DNA from: Ruditapes philippinarum
Lineage: Eukaryota
Length of the DNA: 64,000 nt
Direction of reading: 5' to 3'
Assembly: GCF_026571515.1 (NCBI RefSeq)
Contig: NW_026862257.1
Span: 1-64,000 of the forward strand
The translations under genes were made by a program, and so were the position numbers. A model generated the notes under the pieces. The model made no database searches, was not told the DNA's origin, and saw only the letters and a list, made by a program, of their open reading frames with translations. Every line of letters begins with the position of its first letter. Within the stretch, counting starts at the first letter, position 1. This document shows, piece after piece, positions 41,430 through 54,500 of this stretch.

Positions 41430-43760
41430 AGGGCTATGGACCTAATAGTGTGCAAAGAAGATCCCCCAAACTAATACAAAAAACGGATCTGCAACGGAAT
41501 CAGACAAAAGGTGTTTTTCACGGTTGTCTCGAGAATAGTATGTTTCCTATGAACATTTGTACACTTTATATACAGAAAGTTCAAGTCGAATGTACCAAAA
41601 TAGACCATGCCATGCGTAAATCTCTCGGACATATTAAGTCGGATAGGGCTTTGATTCTTATAGTGTGCAAAAAATACCATCAAAACTAATACAAAAATGA
41701 ATCTGCAACGGAATCAGACAAATGATGTTTTCACACCACGCGGAAATCACTCGGACATATTTATTGGGTTAAGGCTTTTGGTTTAAGCACTTGGCCTAAG
41801 AATATTGTGTTTTTTTTCACGAAATTTGTACACTTTATATACAGAAAAAGCAAATCGCCGGTCATAAAAATAAACATTCATACAACACAGAGATCTGACG
41901 GATGTTTTACTTGGGTCTTATATTTCTGTAAAAGTAGACCCCCCCCCACCCCCACCCCCCCCCCAAAAAAAAAAAAAAAAAAAATTTACAAAATCGAATC
42001 AGCAACGCAATCACACAAATGGTGTTCAAGCACTTGGGCTAAAATATTGTGTTCCTTTACGAAAGTTTTTACACTTTAAATGCAGAAAAAGCAAATCGCC
42101 GGTCATAAAAAAGGACCATACAACGCAGAGATTGCACGGATGTTTTGATTGGGCTATGGCTATTCGGTTAATATTTTCTGTAAAGTAAACCCTTCAAATT
42201 TGTACAAAATCGGACTCGCAATCGCCGGTCATAAAAATAGCCCATGTCAAAGGAGATTTTAAAGAATTTTTTACTGGGATTTGAGTCCGAGTATTATTTG
42301 TCTGAAAAGAAGGGCCCCTTTCCAAATTTTTCCCCAAAAAATTCGAATCAGAAAATTGAAATCGGGGCCCCAAATGGGGGTTTAACATTTTGGGACAAAA
42401 AAAATTATATTTTTTACGAAAACCCTTTTAAAACTTTGTTTTCCAGAAGGGAAACCAAACCGCTGGCATAAAAAACCGCCCAAAGCTACCCGTATATTTT
42501 TTTAAAGGGAGATCCTCCATTTTTGGTTCCCAAATTTCCAAAACCCGAAACAAAATTGGGAAAAACTATTTAAGCAGTTTAATAAAAAATATTTTTGTTT
42601 TTTTTTAAGAAAATGTTACACTTTATATGCAGAAAGAACAAATCGACGGTCATAAAAAGCGATCATGCCACACGGAGATCTCACGGATGTTTTATTTGGG
42701 CTAGAGCTTTGAGTTTTATATTTCTGTAAAGTAGACCTTCCATATTTGTACAAAGTCGAAACCGCAACAAAATTAGACAAACCGTATTTAAGCAGTTTAA
42801 CTAAGAATATTGTGTATTTTTTAAGAAAATGTATACACTTTATATGCAGAAAGAACAAATCGAGGGTCATAAAAACCGACCATGCCACACGGAAATCCCA
42901 CGGATGTTTTGCTTGGGCTAGAGCTTATATTTCTGTAAAGAAGACCATCCAAATTTGTATAGCATCGAATCAGCAACGAAGTCAGACAAATGGTGTTTAA
43001 GCAGCTGGACTAAGAATATTTTGGGGTTTTTTTTACGAATATTTATAACATTTTATCTACAAAAAAAACAAATCGCCAGTCATAAAAAAACGATCATGCC
43101 ACGTGGAGATCGCACAGATGTCTTACTTGAGCTAGGACTATTCGGGTTATATTTCTGTCAGGAAAACCATCCAAATTGCAACAAAATCGAATCCGCAACA
43201 AAATCAGAGAAACGGCGTGTTTCTTTACGAAAAATTATAAACTTTATATACAGAAAGAACAAATCGCGGTCGTTAAAAACGGCCATGCCACGCGGAGATC
43301 TCACGGATATTTACTTTGACAAATGGTGTTTAAGCAGTTGAACTAAGAATACTGTGTATTTTTACGAAAATTTATACACTTTATATACCGAAAAAACAAC
43401 TGGCTAGTCAAGAAAAAAACTAACGGGATTGTTTTATTTGGGGGCTTGGGGGTTTTTAGTCTGATATTTCTTTTTAAAAATAAATCCCTCTAAAATTGAA
43501 AATAAGGGAATCCAAACAAATTTGGGGGAAACAAACTTTTGTTAAATTCATTTGGGCCAAAAAATTTGTCTTTTTTTTTTAAATTGTAACAAAAATTTTA
43601 TACCCCCTTAAATACAAAATTTAATTTAAAAAAGTCAAAATAATAAAGGGGCCCAAAATCCCACCGGAATTTTCACGGATGTTTTACATCGGCTATAGCT
43701 TGGAGTCTTATATTTTTGAAAAGTGGGCCCTTTAAATTTTTCCCAATAACATATTTTAAA
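41430..43760 (+). repeat. Degenerate tandem array, unit about 210-220 bp, roughly 10 full or partial units
   Basis: Recurrent blocks ATTTCTGTAAAGTAGACC, GAATC(A/C)GCAAC, ACACTTTATAT(G/A)CAGAAA, GGTCATAAAAA and CACGGATGTTTT; for example ATTTCTGT at 42720, 42930 and 43152. Confidence 0.9.
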
Positions 43761-44879
43761 ATAACCGAAATTATATAAGGAATAAGAAAACCATTTTATG
43801 TTTCTGGAAAATTTTTGAAAGAAATATTTCTTAATTAAATAAATGTACATGTAAATACTTTTATTGGAGATGAATACTCTTATATCTTGTATTTCTATGA
43901 CAGCTCTATCAATATTCTAAATTTGCCCAGACAAACCAAGGAACGCAGGTGTTTAAATCTTAAATGAGTAACACATTTGCATTTATGTTTCATAATATAT
44001 TATAACGATATATTTTCATGATAATACCGTTCTACAAAAAGCCAGGATGCTATTCAATATCAGTATTAGAATACTTTATTGATATAATAAAGGGATGATA
44101 ACGGTTTAACTGTATCTCTTCAAATTGCTACCAACTATCTTGTTATCTCAAAGATTATTTTGTTATATGTATTTCAATATAAGTGTGTTTTATCTTGCAT
44201 GTAATTGTTTTTTTTTAAATAAAACATATTCTACTTACAATTGTACATGCTTTTAATTCGTTTGAATTATAAAAGAAAAGTTGTTCTTATGTTCTGGTAT
44301 GACAAGTTTTTTATCAGTTATGATGGAAGCCTCATATAACATTGTAAACATATAAAGAAATATACAAATAACTTAAAATAAGGATGTAACATTAAAAATA
44401 ATTTTCATACTTTTTCTTGCCCCACCTTTAGTATTTTATCACAACCGGTATTAATAAGTAAATTAGACATAATTTACAAATTAATGCTTTTTTCCTATAT
44501 GCTGATAAGTTTCGAATTCTCTAAAAAGCTTTAAGACGATAATTGCATGTTATGATTCATATAAAAATATGACTTTGAGAGGAAAATATAAATAGGGCTA
44601 TAATTATAATCACAAACGTTTGATTAATTGTGTATTTATCAACATGCATGTATAAGTATAGGTTATATTTTCGATCCTTGAAGATCGTTCAGCACGACAT
44701 TATTGTTGCTTGTGGTATTTTTTGTTTCAACTTTCGGCATTTTCTAGTTGGGTGGTTCCAATATTCCTACTTGAATAATGTTGAATCACCCTTAGGATAT
44801 GTTGCCTGCTTTTTAAATTTTGTCTTTTGACGTCTTATCTGTGATATGCAGGCTTCATAACCTCAGATCCCCTTTCAAA

Positions 44880-45235
44880 ATTCCATTTTATTTAGTTCCG
44901 CCCATTGTTTTCTCGTTTTAGGGCACACGCCCATTCTTTTTTACTTGGGGACCATACGCCGCTTTTCATGAAGGGGAATGACACTACTGTGTCACATTGA
45001 AGGTTCCATGATAACCGCCGTATGATCACATCTGCGGATGTTTTCTAAATTCAAAATTTCACCATTTTAGTGTTTAAATATTGAATTCTGCTTAAGCCCG
45101 GTGCCAGGGGGCGTGGACGGTTAACTTGCACTTTCCAGTACCGTCCATGAACAGGCTCAATCAAACCGAGCCTGGCAACTTTTCAATTTTGCCGTGTTGG
45201 GCTTTCTTTAGGGATTCTGTATTTATCTATTTTAC
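44880..45235 (+). repeat. Longest R1 copy
   Basis: Includes the 5' part (TTCTCGTTTAGGGCACACGC...GGGGACCATACGCCGCTTTTCATG) also seen reversed at 57940-58010. Confidence 0.85.
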
Positions 45236-48200
45236 AGTGAAAATGAAGTGTATAGTTGTAACCTTTAAACACATAAATGTTGTAATCTGCAATGATATTA
45301 TTTTATATATTGACCTAAATTTGTGTCAAATCGGCACATTTTTATATTTCTTTTTTTTTTATTATTGTCACATCAATATGAATATGCAATATACAATTGT
45401 TTTTCACAAATAAAAGGGCATAGCCATTCATTAAAAGATAATTGTAAGAAGTCATTAATAATGCAATTTCATTGTAACACTTGACAAATTACATGAATTA
45501 ACATAACCATTTATATATATTTCCATGCGTACACGACCTGTTTTTTCTTCATCTAACAGATGGTGTTTTATATCGGAGAAATGAACATACACTACATACA
45601 ATATGCAATTTAAAGGGCATATATACATATAATGTGAAAAAGAAATAATCGGTTCCGTTTTTTATACGTGTAAGTTCACGTTACTCCTTTTGGTTTTATT
45701 ACGGTTCGTAAAAACTGTCTGACAACATTTACAACAGGTCACTTCTCATATAATGTCGTAAATTTTAAATTCTACAAAAATACACCATTACCATATTTTA
45801 CGATGGTTATGGAATTTCGCTAAGTAGATACATGCAATGGTGCAAAAACAAATATAAAACACAAAGGACATTAAGGAATCGGCTTCATATTTCTATACGG
45901 AAACATGACAGATGAAAGATGAAACAATCGAATATTTGACGGCATGGAAATAATTTAAAAGCATTAGTTGTAACGGAAATGCTGAAATTTTTTATATTGG
46001 TTTGTTTATTTGACCTCTTAAAGCGCGTCATTTCTATCACGTTTGAATGATTGAAATACATTTTTATATAAAACAAATAAAATGTTGTATAAAACTTGTT
46101 ACAAGGTAATATATGAAATAACTGTTATTAAAGTTATTTTTTATTACATATGTATTACATGTATGATATGATTTAATAGTATCTGATTATGAGTTTCATA
46201 TTATTGATGAAATTTAATTTGAAGTGATGTAATATGTTGAGTACTTGCATGCCATCATTTTTTAAAACTCAGTATTATTATTTGCAGAATCTCGCTAAGA
46301 GGGATTATTATCCTGGAAATATATACATATGTATTAGATAACGATACTGTTTTCCCAAAAAAACGGAAAACGAATTTTGTTTAAAATTTTAAAGATTAAA
46401 AAAAATTTTAAAAGGAAAATTTTACTGTCAAAACGGGTTTTTTTTAAAAATTTTTAAAAAAGTTTTCAAATGAAAAGGGGTTAAAAAGATGCGCATATGT
46501 TTTTCTTCGTAAACTTTTTAAAATTTTTGTTACGGTTTTTAACTAACAAAACTGGAAAAAATGATTTTTGAAAAAACTTTGGTTTTTTTTAAATTTGATT
46601 TTTAGAGAAAAACCCAGTTCCATAGGAAAATTTTTCATACCCAAAAAGGGTCCAAATTTTAAAAACAAAAATTTCCCTATTTAAAAACCCAAAAAGGGGA
46701 AAAATACCTGTTTTGTATGAAACATGTTTGAAAGTAGTCTTTTAGAACTACCCTTTTTGGGGAGAAATATTTTAAACCCTAAATGTATTTTGACAGAAAG
46801 TTCTCTTCACGAAATTCTAACAATTGTCTATTTAGGGTTTCCCGGGGCTAGTATCAGAAACATTTGGAAAAAAAATAAAAAATTTTAAATGTTTTTTTTT
46901 TGTTTTTAATATTGTTTTTTGGGGGAAGGGATTTTCAAATCTTTCTGATTTCGGGCCCTAAATTTAAAAATGAAAAAAAAGTAACTAAAAACGGCAAATG
47001 TTTAAAAACTTTAAAATTTGGGGTTAAAAATTTTTTGTAATTTATATAATTTGTGTCATTGTTATCCTTCGAATCTATTATGTTTTTTAAAATTATCTCC
47101 CCCTTTTTTAAAGCAATAAAATTGAAAAATTTGGGAAATCTACACAAGATTCCCTTACAAGGGTTTTTAACATTTTTTGTAATTTAACAAAAATTTTCTT
47201 TTACCATATCAAATAAGCCCCTTTTAAATAAAACTAAAATGGCAACTACTCAAATCTTTTTAAACATTCCCATTTTTTTAAAAATTTTTCCCAAATCCCA
47301 TGAAAACAAAAAAACCCGGGGCCCCAATAAATAAGAGAAACAGAAAAAAAGTTGTTTTTTGGAAAAATTATTTTAAAATTGGGGTGAAAATTGAATTTAC
47401 AGATTAAACATTCCCAAAAAGAAAAAAGAAAAGATTTTGCTTTTTTCCTTGTAAATTTAAATTTTAATTTACTCCCCTTACTTCCTTTTGATTTTCGGGA
47501 AAAATTTTTAAACTTGATTTCCTTTTGGGTTTATGAATTACCCGGGACATTTCGATTATTCTTTAATCCTTCCCCTAAATTATCTATTTCAGTCTTTTTT
47601 GGATTTTTTGAAGATAACATGGAAATGAACTTTACAATTTGAACATGAATTTCCTCTTATGAATTCTTTTATTTGTAATAAAATCTAGCAAGGAGGAGTT
47701 TATAAGACGTAAATATTTAATACTTGTTTATTCTTATTTGACACTAGTTGTTAATAAATATTCGCAAAGTAATATACCTGTCATCTCCACATTTAACAAT
47801 AGAGATATAAATAAATGAGGCGTCATGAATTGTTTTTATTGAGATTATTTGTGCCAATAGTTACGTAATAAGACTACTTTCAATTGTCTTCAACTGTGAA
47901 AAATGAGAATAATTTTTTTTTATCTGAGGTAAAATTGGAATTTCTGAGAAATTTGTTTTATATACCATTTTAATTCCAAAATTCCGCAATATTTCTAAAA
48001 CGATAAATTTTGATATATTAATAAGACGCTGGAATTGTTTAGAACTTTGTCTTTCTGATATATATATGACAATGTAAAAAATGGTAGAAATAGAATTTTG
48101 CGATCTCAAAAAAGTGTAACAGAAAGAATAACCAGCAACAACCCTGTAAAACAACAACAAAATGCATCCAAAAAATAACAATAAACAAAATTATTAATGA

Positions 48201-51200
48201 ATAATTATACAAAAATGATAAAAAAATGGTTCACAGTATATTCAAAATAATTAAATACAAGCCGTCTGAAACTCATATTCCTGTCTGATCACTGGGCATA
48301 TTTTAAAGTCCAAACAAGTGTTTGTTATATCTCCTAACAGATATCTGAAACAAGTTCTGAAACAAGTCTCGGTAGAATATTCCCATAAGGAATAAACAAA
48401 GTTTATTTCCAAATTTTGCTGGTTATTATCCATGATGCAAACTTACTCAAACATGTCAAAAACACTCTAAAATATAAATGGAGATTTAACCTTAAGCTAC
48501 CATTTGAAGAAATGCTCAAGTAAACGAAGGTGCATATATATTCTTTTAAAATCTAGACACTAGAAATACTTTGGATCCAGCAAGATTCTACTCAATTATA
48601 AATATAATTTATATATTCAATCTCTTTAAGTACTTGAAATCATAATTTGTTTCCTTATGGGCATGAATTATTTAAATTCTAACTTTTAAAGAACTTAAGC
48701 ATAAATTATTCGGCAAACAAAGTATACATCACAGCCATTCAAGAGGACAAAGGAAGTCGACACTAGTTTTTTTTTAAAAGTTAACCTTGTTCATATTATA
48801 AAAGAACGGTTTGATCAATAGTGATTCTGTATTGTTCATTGTTCTACGGTAACATGATTTTCTATTTAAATACTCTAATATATTTCACCAGATCGGAAAC
48901 GCCTGGAAGACATTTTTTTATGAATTTTCTATCGAACCAAACTTAATTTTCGTCATGGAAAATCGGCGTATTTACAGTTTTAGTCAAGTATTTTTGGGGT
49001 TTTTCGCTGCCCCTTTGGGTTGCAAAGTTCAACAGGGCAATTTTTGGAAATAAAAGCTTTGACAAATTTAAATTATCAAAATTTGCTTATTGGTTCACTT
49101 TATTTTTCCTAAATTAAAAAAAATAATTTTGAAATAAAATTTTTAAAAAAAAACCATGAGATTTTTATTTATAAAATGATTTCAACGGTTTCGGGGTTTT
49201 ACTTTATTTTTGATATAACTTTGGAAAAAATAAATTTATTTTCTATATTGCTAAATGAAAAATGAGTGGAAAATTTGGAGGACGAAAATTTATTTAAATT
49301 TGTTTAAAATCCCGGAAAAAAATTTCCCATTAAGTAATATGAAAAAAATTTTTTGCCCTTTTATGTTTAAAATGAAAAAAATGCCCTTTGATGTAAAAAA
49401 AGTTTTTAAGAAATGTCTTTTACTACCATTTTGTTTAAAATACACGTTCAAGCATAAGTGAGAAACATGTCTGTGAGTCAAGATATTAATAACGAAAAGT
49501 CTGATGAAAAACACCTTGTCACATAAAATCATAACACTGGTTTATATGGACCTCAATTTCAACGTCTTTTTTGAAAATTGAAAGAGCAAAAATACAATAT
49601 AAACAAGAAGTATTTTTTAAAAAGATACTCGGCCGAAGTCAAACTTGTTAACTTGCATAGAATAAGCTACTACTATGCTAACCGCAAACAGAACATTTTA
49701 TTTGTCCTCAGTAGTTTTATTTCAGTTCATTTTTACCCGTATATGCTTATCCCCATTAATTGTCATCTTAGATTTAAACAATATAATATTACTTACATTA
49801 TTTGATTTTAATCAAAATGGAATTTGATTTGAATAGGAATTTATAATAAAACAAAAGATTTTAGTAGATCCCTTGAAATTTAAAATCCACGGAAAACCTT
49901 TTGCAATTTAAAAATTAGTCAAAGATTTCCCGTTTCAAATGGTTTTAAATCCCCGGTTTTTGAGAAAGAATTTTATGATAAAATAGTTTAGAAATAAAAC
50001 CCATGAAGAAAAAAAGTATAAAAAGGTTTTCAAAATTTTTTAAAAAAACCCAAGCACCCTTTCCCGGGGCCGAAAAAATGGGGAAGTTTTATTTTACTTT
50101 TTTTAAAATTTTAAAAAAGAAAAACGTAGAGAAGCATTGAAAAATCTTGCAATAAAATATTTAAAAACCCCTAGGAAAATACTGCTGTTTTTTGTCTGAA
50201 AAAAATTGTTTTTAAAAAAAACTTTTATTCCCGTTATTTTTTTTTTTCATTACGAAAATTGAGCTCAAAAATTAAACAGAAAATTCGTCATAAGATATTT
50301 GATTTAACGAGGGGCCCCTGTAGAGTTTAAAAAATTTGAAAATTTTCATTACACTGTTGTAAAAACTAAACGTTCGCATTGAACATTGATGGAAATAAGC
50401 AAATCAAAAATCATTAGATTTACAGATGTGCGTTACGTGAGAAATTCGTGATATAGAACAGACTGATTGCTGGGATAATTTGTTTTACATTGAGTATTAC
50501 AAACTGTTAAATCGTCACATCTTGTAGAATTACAAATTTACAGTTTGCATCTCCTTTGGAAATAACATTAGCACGTCTCAAAGAGAACGCATTGAATATT
50601 ATCTTATAAATTAAATTAAACGATTATCGCAGCAATCAGAGTAAAGACGATCTGAATACTCTTATAGAAGCCAAAACAAACCATTATTTAAACAAGCTTT
50701 AAGTTGGGATGTTCAACTATTTGAGTTTATCTATTTGTTTAGTGAATAATTTTAATTAACTATTAAGGTTCCAATTTTTGTTCAGTTAATCGTTTTTAAT
50801 TAATAATTTGAGTTTTCCCATTGTTTTTAATCAATTTATATGTTAAACTGTATTCTTTTTAAAGAGAGCATTTGTAATACTTATTTCTATCAAGACATAA
50901 GCATATGTGATATTCTAAAGCCTTAAAATGTTCATTTGTTTAGGTAATATAAGGAGTACATCGAATGAATGTTATTCATTTTATTTAGCTTCCAGGTGAA
51001 TAAGAAAGATGTGTAATAAATAAAAAAAATTGCAATTGACTTATTTTAAAGTTATTATTAAACAACATGAATTAAATGACAACGAAATTAAATATTCGAT
51101 CTGTATGTAAATAAAATTTTTTTATCATTGTGGTTTTCTAGCTAACAGAAATATGTCACTAAAAATTAAAAAAATTAAAAAAAAACATTACAAGTACTCT

Positions 51201-51296
51201 TGTACTGGTGTTGTGTAATATTTCTACATTTTAACACAATACAACACTTTCTCACATGAAACCTTTAAATGGGGTAAGAGGTTAAACTGAACTATC

Positions 51297-51545
51297 ACCA
51301 AGAGCTGTCCGTAAGACGTCGTGCTCGACTAAAATATATACTCACATTGAAGTGGGGATGATTGTCACTATCAAGTATGTAAAATTTCAAAGCAATACCT
51401 CAAAGGATATTGAAAATAAGTTTGTTGAAAATAAGTTTGTTGATAAGAAAAAATTCTCTGATATTTTAAGTCGAAAAAGGGACGTAATTTTGGCAAAATA
51501 TTTGACAGAGTTATGACCTCTTGTCTCTGTGTGTGGAGATGAAAG
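51297..51545 (+). mobile_element. Fragment resembling bivalve pearl/HINE-type modular MITE; related monomer at about 40636-40765
   Basis: Starts ACCAAGAGCTGTCC and contains AAATTTCAAAGCAAT / AAAGGGAC.TAATT / AGAGTTATG monomer-like motifs. Recognition from memory only. Confidence 0.4.
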
Positions 51546-54500
51546 CTATGCTATATTTAAATCAGGAGTATTGAGATAATTTAAAATACACACATTTTTC
51601 ACATTCGTCTTCTGAATTAAGAGATTATTCTAAAATGGAGAAATATGTCAATCTTATGCTCGCAATATTAGATAAACTAAAATAAGATTTGATTTTAAAA
51701 TGAAAATAGAGAGAAATGACGCCATAGGGATTAAAAACCCCAGACGAAATTCCATGTTACTTAAATTGAATAAGTTCAGAGTTTGTAATATCAACATTTT
51801 TATGGCAGTTGTAACATTAAGTTAGCTGATTTGTAGCGTTTGTGACAATAGTGTTGTTTTCTTCAGTCCTTGAAAAGAATTTTAGTTAATATCAAACAAC
51901 AATCGCTTATATGTGAGTCTAAATAAGTAAATATTTGTAGGCCAATACACATACTAATTTACAGATGCATATTCCATCTATCACATGTGCAATCATATTG
52001 TAAAAGATAACTCATCTTTTCATTTTTATAACATCAACAAAATGTCGCTGCTTTAAATAAGGTTAAACCACTGATTTCATAGGAGAAGTAGTTTAAATAA
52101 ATTGCTAACGACGAACGACGGCGGACAACATTCAGTTATTTTCAGTTTGTCTCCAGAGGCAGAAATCGGTATTTCAAAACATTTGCGAAGTTAAATTCCA
52201 CTTGCAATTTAAAACGGCACAGCATGATGACAGACTTTAGTCCTCCTTAACACATGCCGTAAATTTTCATTCTATGCGTCGTTTAATGCTCCCTTATTTG
52301 ATCTTTTCCCATACGTTTTAACTTAAGTAAGACATTTTTGCATGATTAACAGCAAACTGATAATAAGAATAGACTCAAGTATATTTTTATTAGTTATAGT
52401 TTAATATGCAATGTTTTCTTTTTAAGTTGAAGGAAGAAATATGACTACTTTAGCCTTCATAGCGAAAAACTCATTAATGAGCGTTTGAATCTCAAAAAAG
52501 TCAAAACGATGCTTAAAAATGTTTTAAATTTAAATTGTTAAAAGAAAGAAACAATTTATCTTAATTCGTACACGGGAAAATTTAAATAAATATCATTACA
52601 CTTAAATCATTCTTGTCAAGTCAAATATTTTAGGGTATAAAAAATTTGAAGATTCATCTCTCATACTTTTTTTTATCTATTTGCGTATTTTGAAAAAACC
52701 TCCCCTGGTTATAATTTGTTTTTTCATTTTTTAAAAAATTTTATTTGGGAAATTTGGGTTTTTGTTAACCCTTAAAAAAGGTTTTTGAAATTTTTTAAAA
52801 ACAAAACTTTTTGGGTTTTAAAGGGTGAAAATTTGCCCGTAAAGAGCTATTATGCTTTTTATGTTTTTTTGAAGGTAAAAAGTTTGTTATTTTTCTTCTC
52901 TAAAAAATTTTTAGGATACATGGAATATATAAAACAAAAAAATTTGCAGTCCCGGGCTTTGGCAATTTTTAAAAAAAAAATACGCTCAATTTTAAACCCT
53001 TTAAATCATGCAGGGCATAAGGGGATTTTTTAAAAAAAAGTGAACTGTTGCCCAAAATATGTATATATTATATAAAATAATTTACGTTTTATCGAAAAGT
53101 AAATGTTTTCCAAAGTTTAGATAAATAGTAATTTTTTTAGACAAAAACTTCAAAACGATTTATATTTTTAAAATTAATGGTTTGAATGTTTAAATTGGGA
53201 AAAAAGGCTTGGGAAATTTTTGTTTAAAAATTGCAGGGAAAAATTTCGCATATTTGTTTTCGGAAAATTTTCGATGAAAAATGTGTTCTGCAAAAAGAAG
53301 TTAGGGTTCCCAAATTTTTCAAGATTTGTCTTGTTTTTGGGAATTCCCAAAAACATCTTAATACAATACTGGAAAAGTTGAGACGGGAAAACGAGACACT
53401 GGGGAAAATTTTTATGAAAAAAAGATTTTTCGGGTTTTGGAAATTTTTGTGTTTTTGGGAAATTTGTGGGTAGCTTAAATTTTCTGTTTGGGATTTTTTA
53501 AAGAAATAGGTTTTAAAAAATAGGAAATATAATTTAAAGGGAAATTCAAAAGGGGGAAAGAGCCTTTAAAAATTAAAATTCGAATTCCTTTCAAAGATCA
53601 TCTGGCACTTAAAAAAGGGAATTTTTTTGCAAAAAATAATTAAAAAATTAAAACAGAGAAAAAGTTGAAAAATTGTATTTTGCTATCTTAGCCCCTTTTT
53701 TAATGACATCGGGTTGGGATGCTTTTTTTAATTGGAAATTTTTCATTTTTCACAATTTAATTTTAAAAAAATTATAGAAAAAAAGGAAGGAGAGAAAGGT
53801 TTTTTAAAATTTTGCACACGGGGCCAAAAGACGAATTTGAAAAAATGGTCTTAATGCGTTTTAACGAAAATTAAAACCCGGGGCTTACAAATAACCCCTT
53901 CCAAAGAATTATAAAGTAAATAAGGATTTATTCTGTTCCCGGTAGGTTTAGATATTTTTACATGTTAAGTTTGCTTTATACTACTGTCCCATATGAAAAT
54001 GCTGAATTATTAAAACATATAAGCAAAGAAAAAACTTGGGGGGCACAGATTGACATTTTAAAAAAATTTTTTTTTTCATAGTTTGGAGGGTTTTTTATTG
54101 AAAAGTTCAGAGTTAAAACGTAAAACCCTCATGCCCCAGAAAAGTTAAAATGGAGTTTTGGGTAGAGTTACCCCACTCCCGTTTTTCCGGGACTTTCTGT
54201 AAGGGGAAAAAAAGAGCTGCTATTTTTCTGGGGGTTTTCTTATTGTACGAAAAGGGATAGCAATATAAAAAACTGGAAAAAAAGGGGATCCCTCGGAAGC
54301 ATTAAACCAAACAAAATTCATAAGAATTGCAGATCGGTTTTTTATTGAGTCTGTAAATGAGGGGAAAACTGGAAAAAAGTGCAAACCCCCACGCCCCCCA
54401 GCACCGGAAATTTTAGCGGGGCCTCAATTTTTGCCAAAACTTAATAGTGGGTGGCCCTCAATGATTCCCCAAGGACCAGAAAAATATAAAAAACACTTGA

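Noticed and set aside
41430-43760. CRISPR-like array or repetitive protein exons
   Set aside because: Whole units are homologous with no unique spacers, frames are not maintained, and the context is eukaryotic.
52785-53473. K/F/N-rich ORFs
   Set aside because: Products of homopolymer-rich, probably erroneous sequence.
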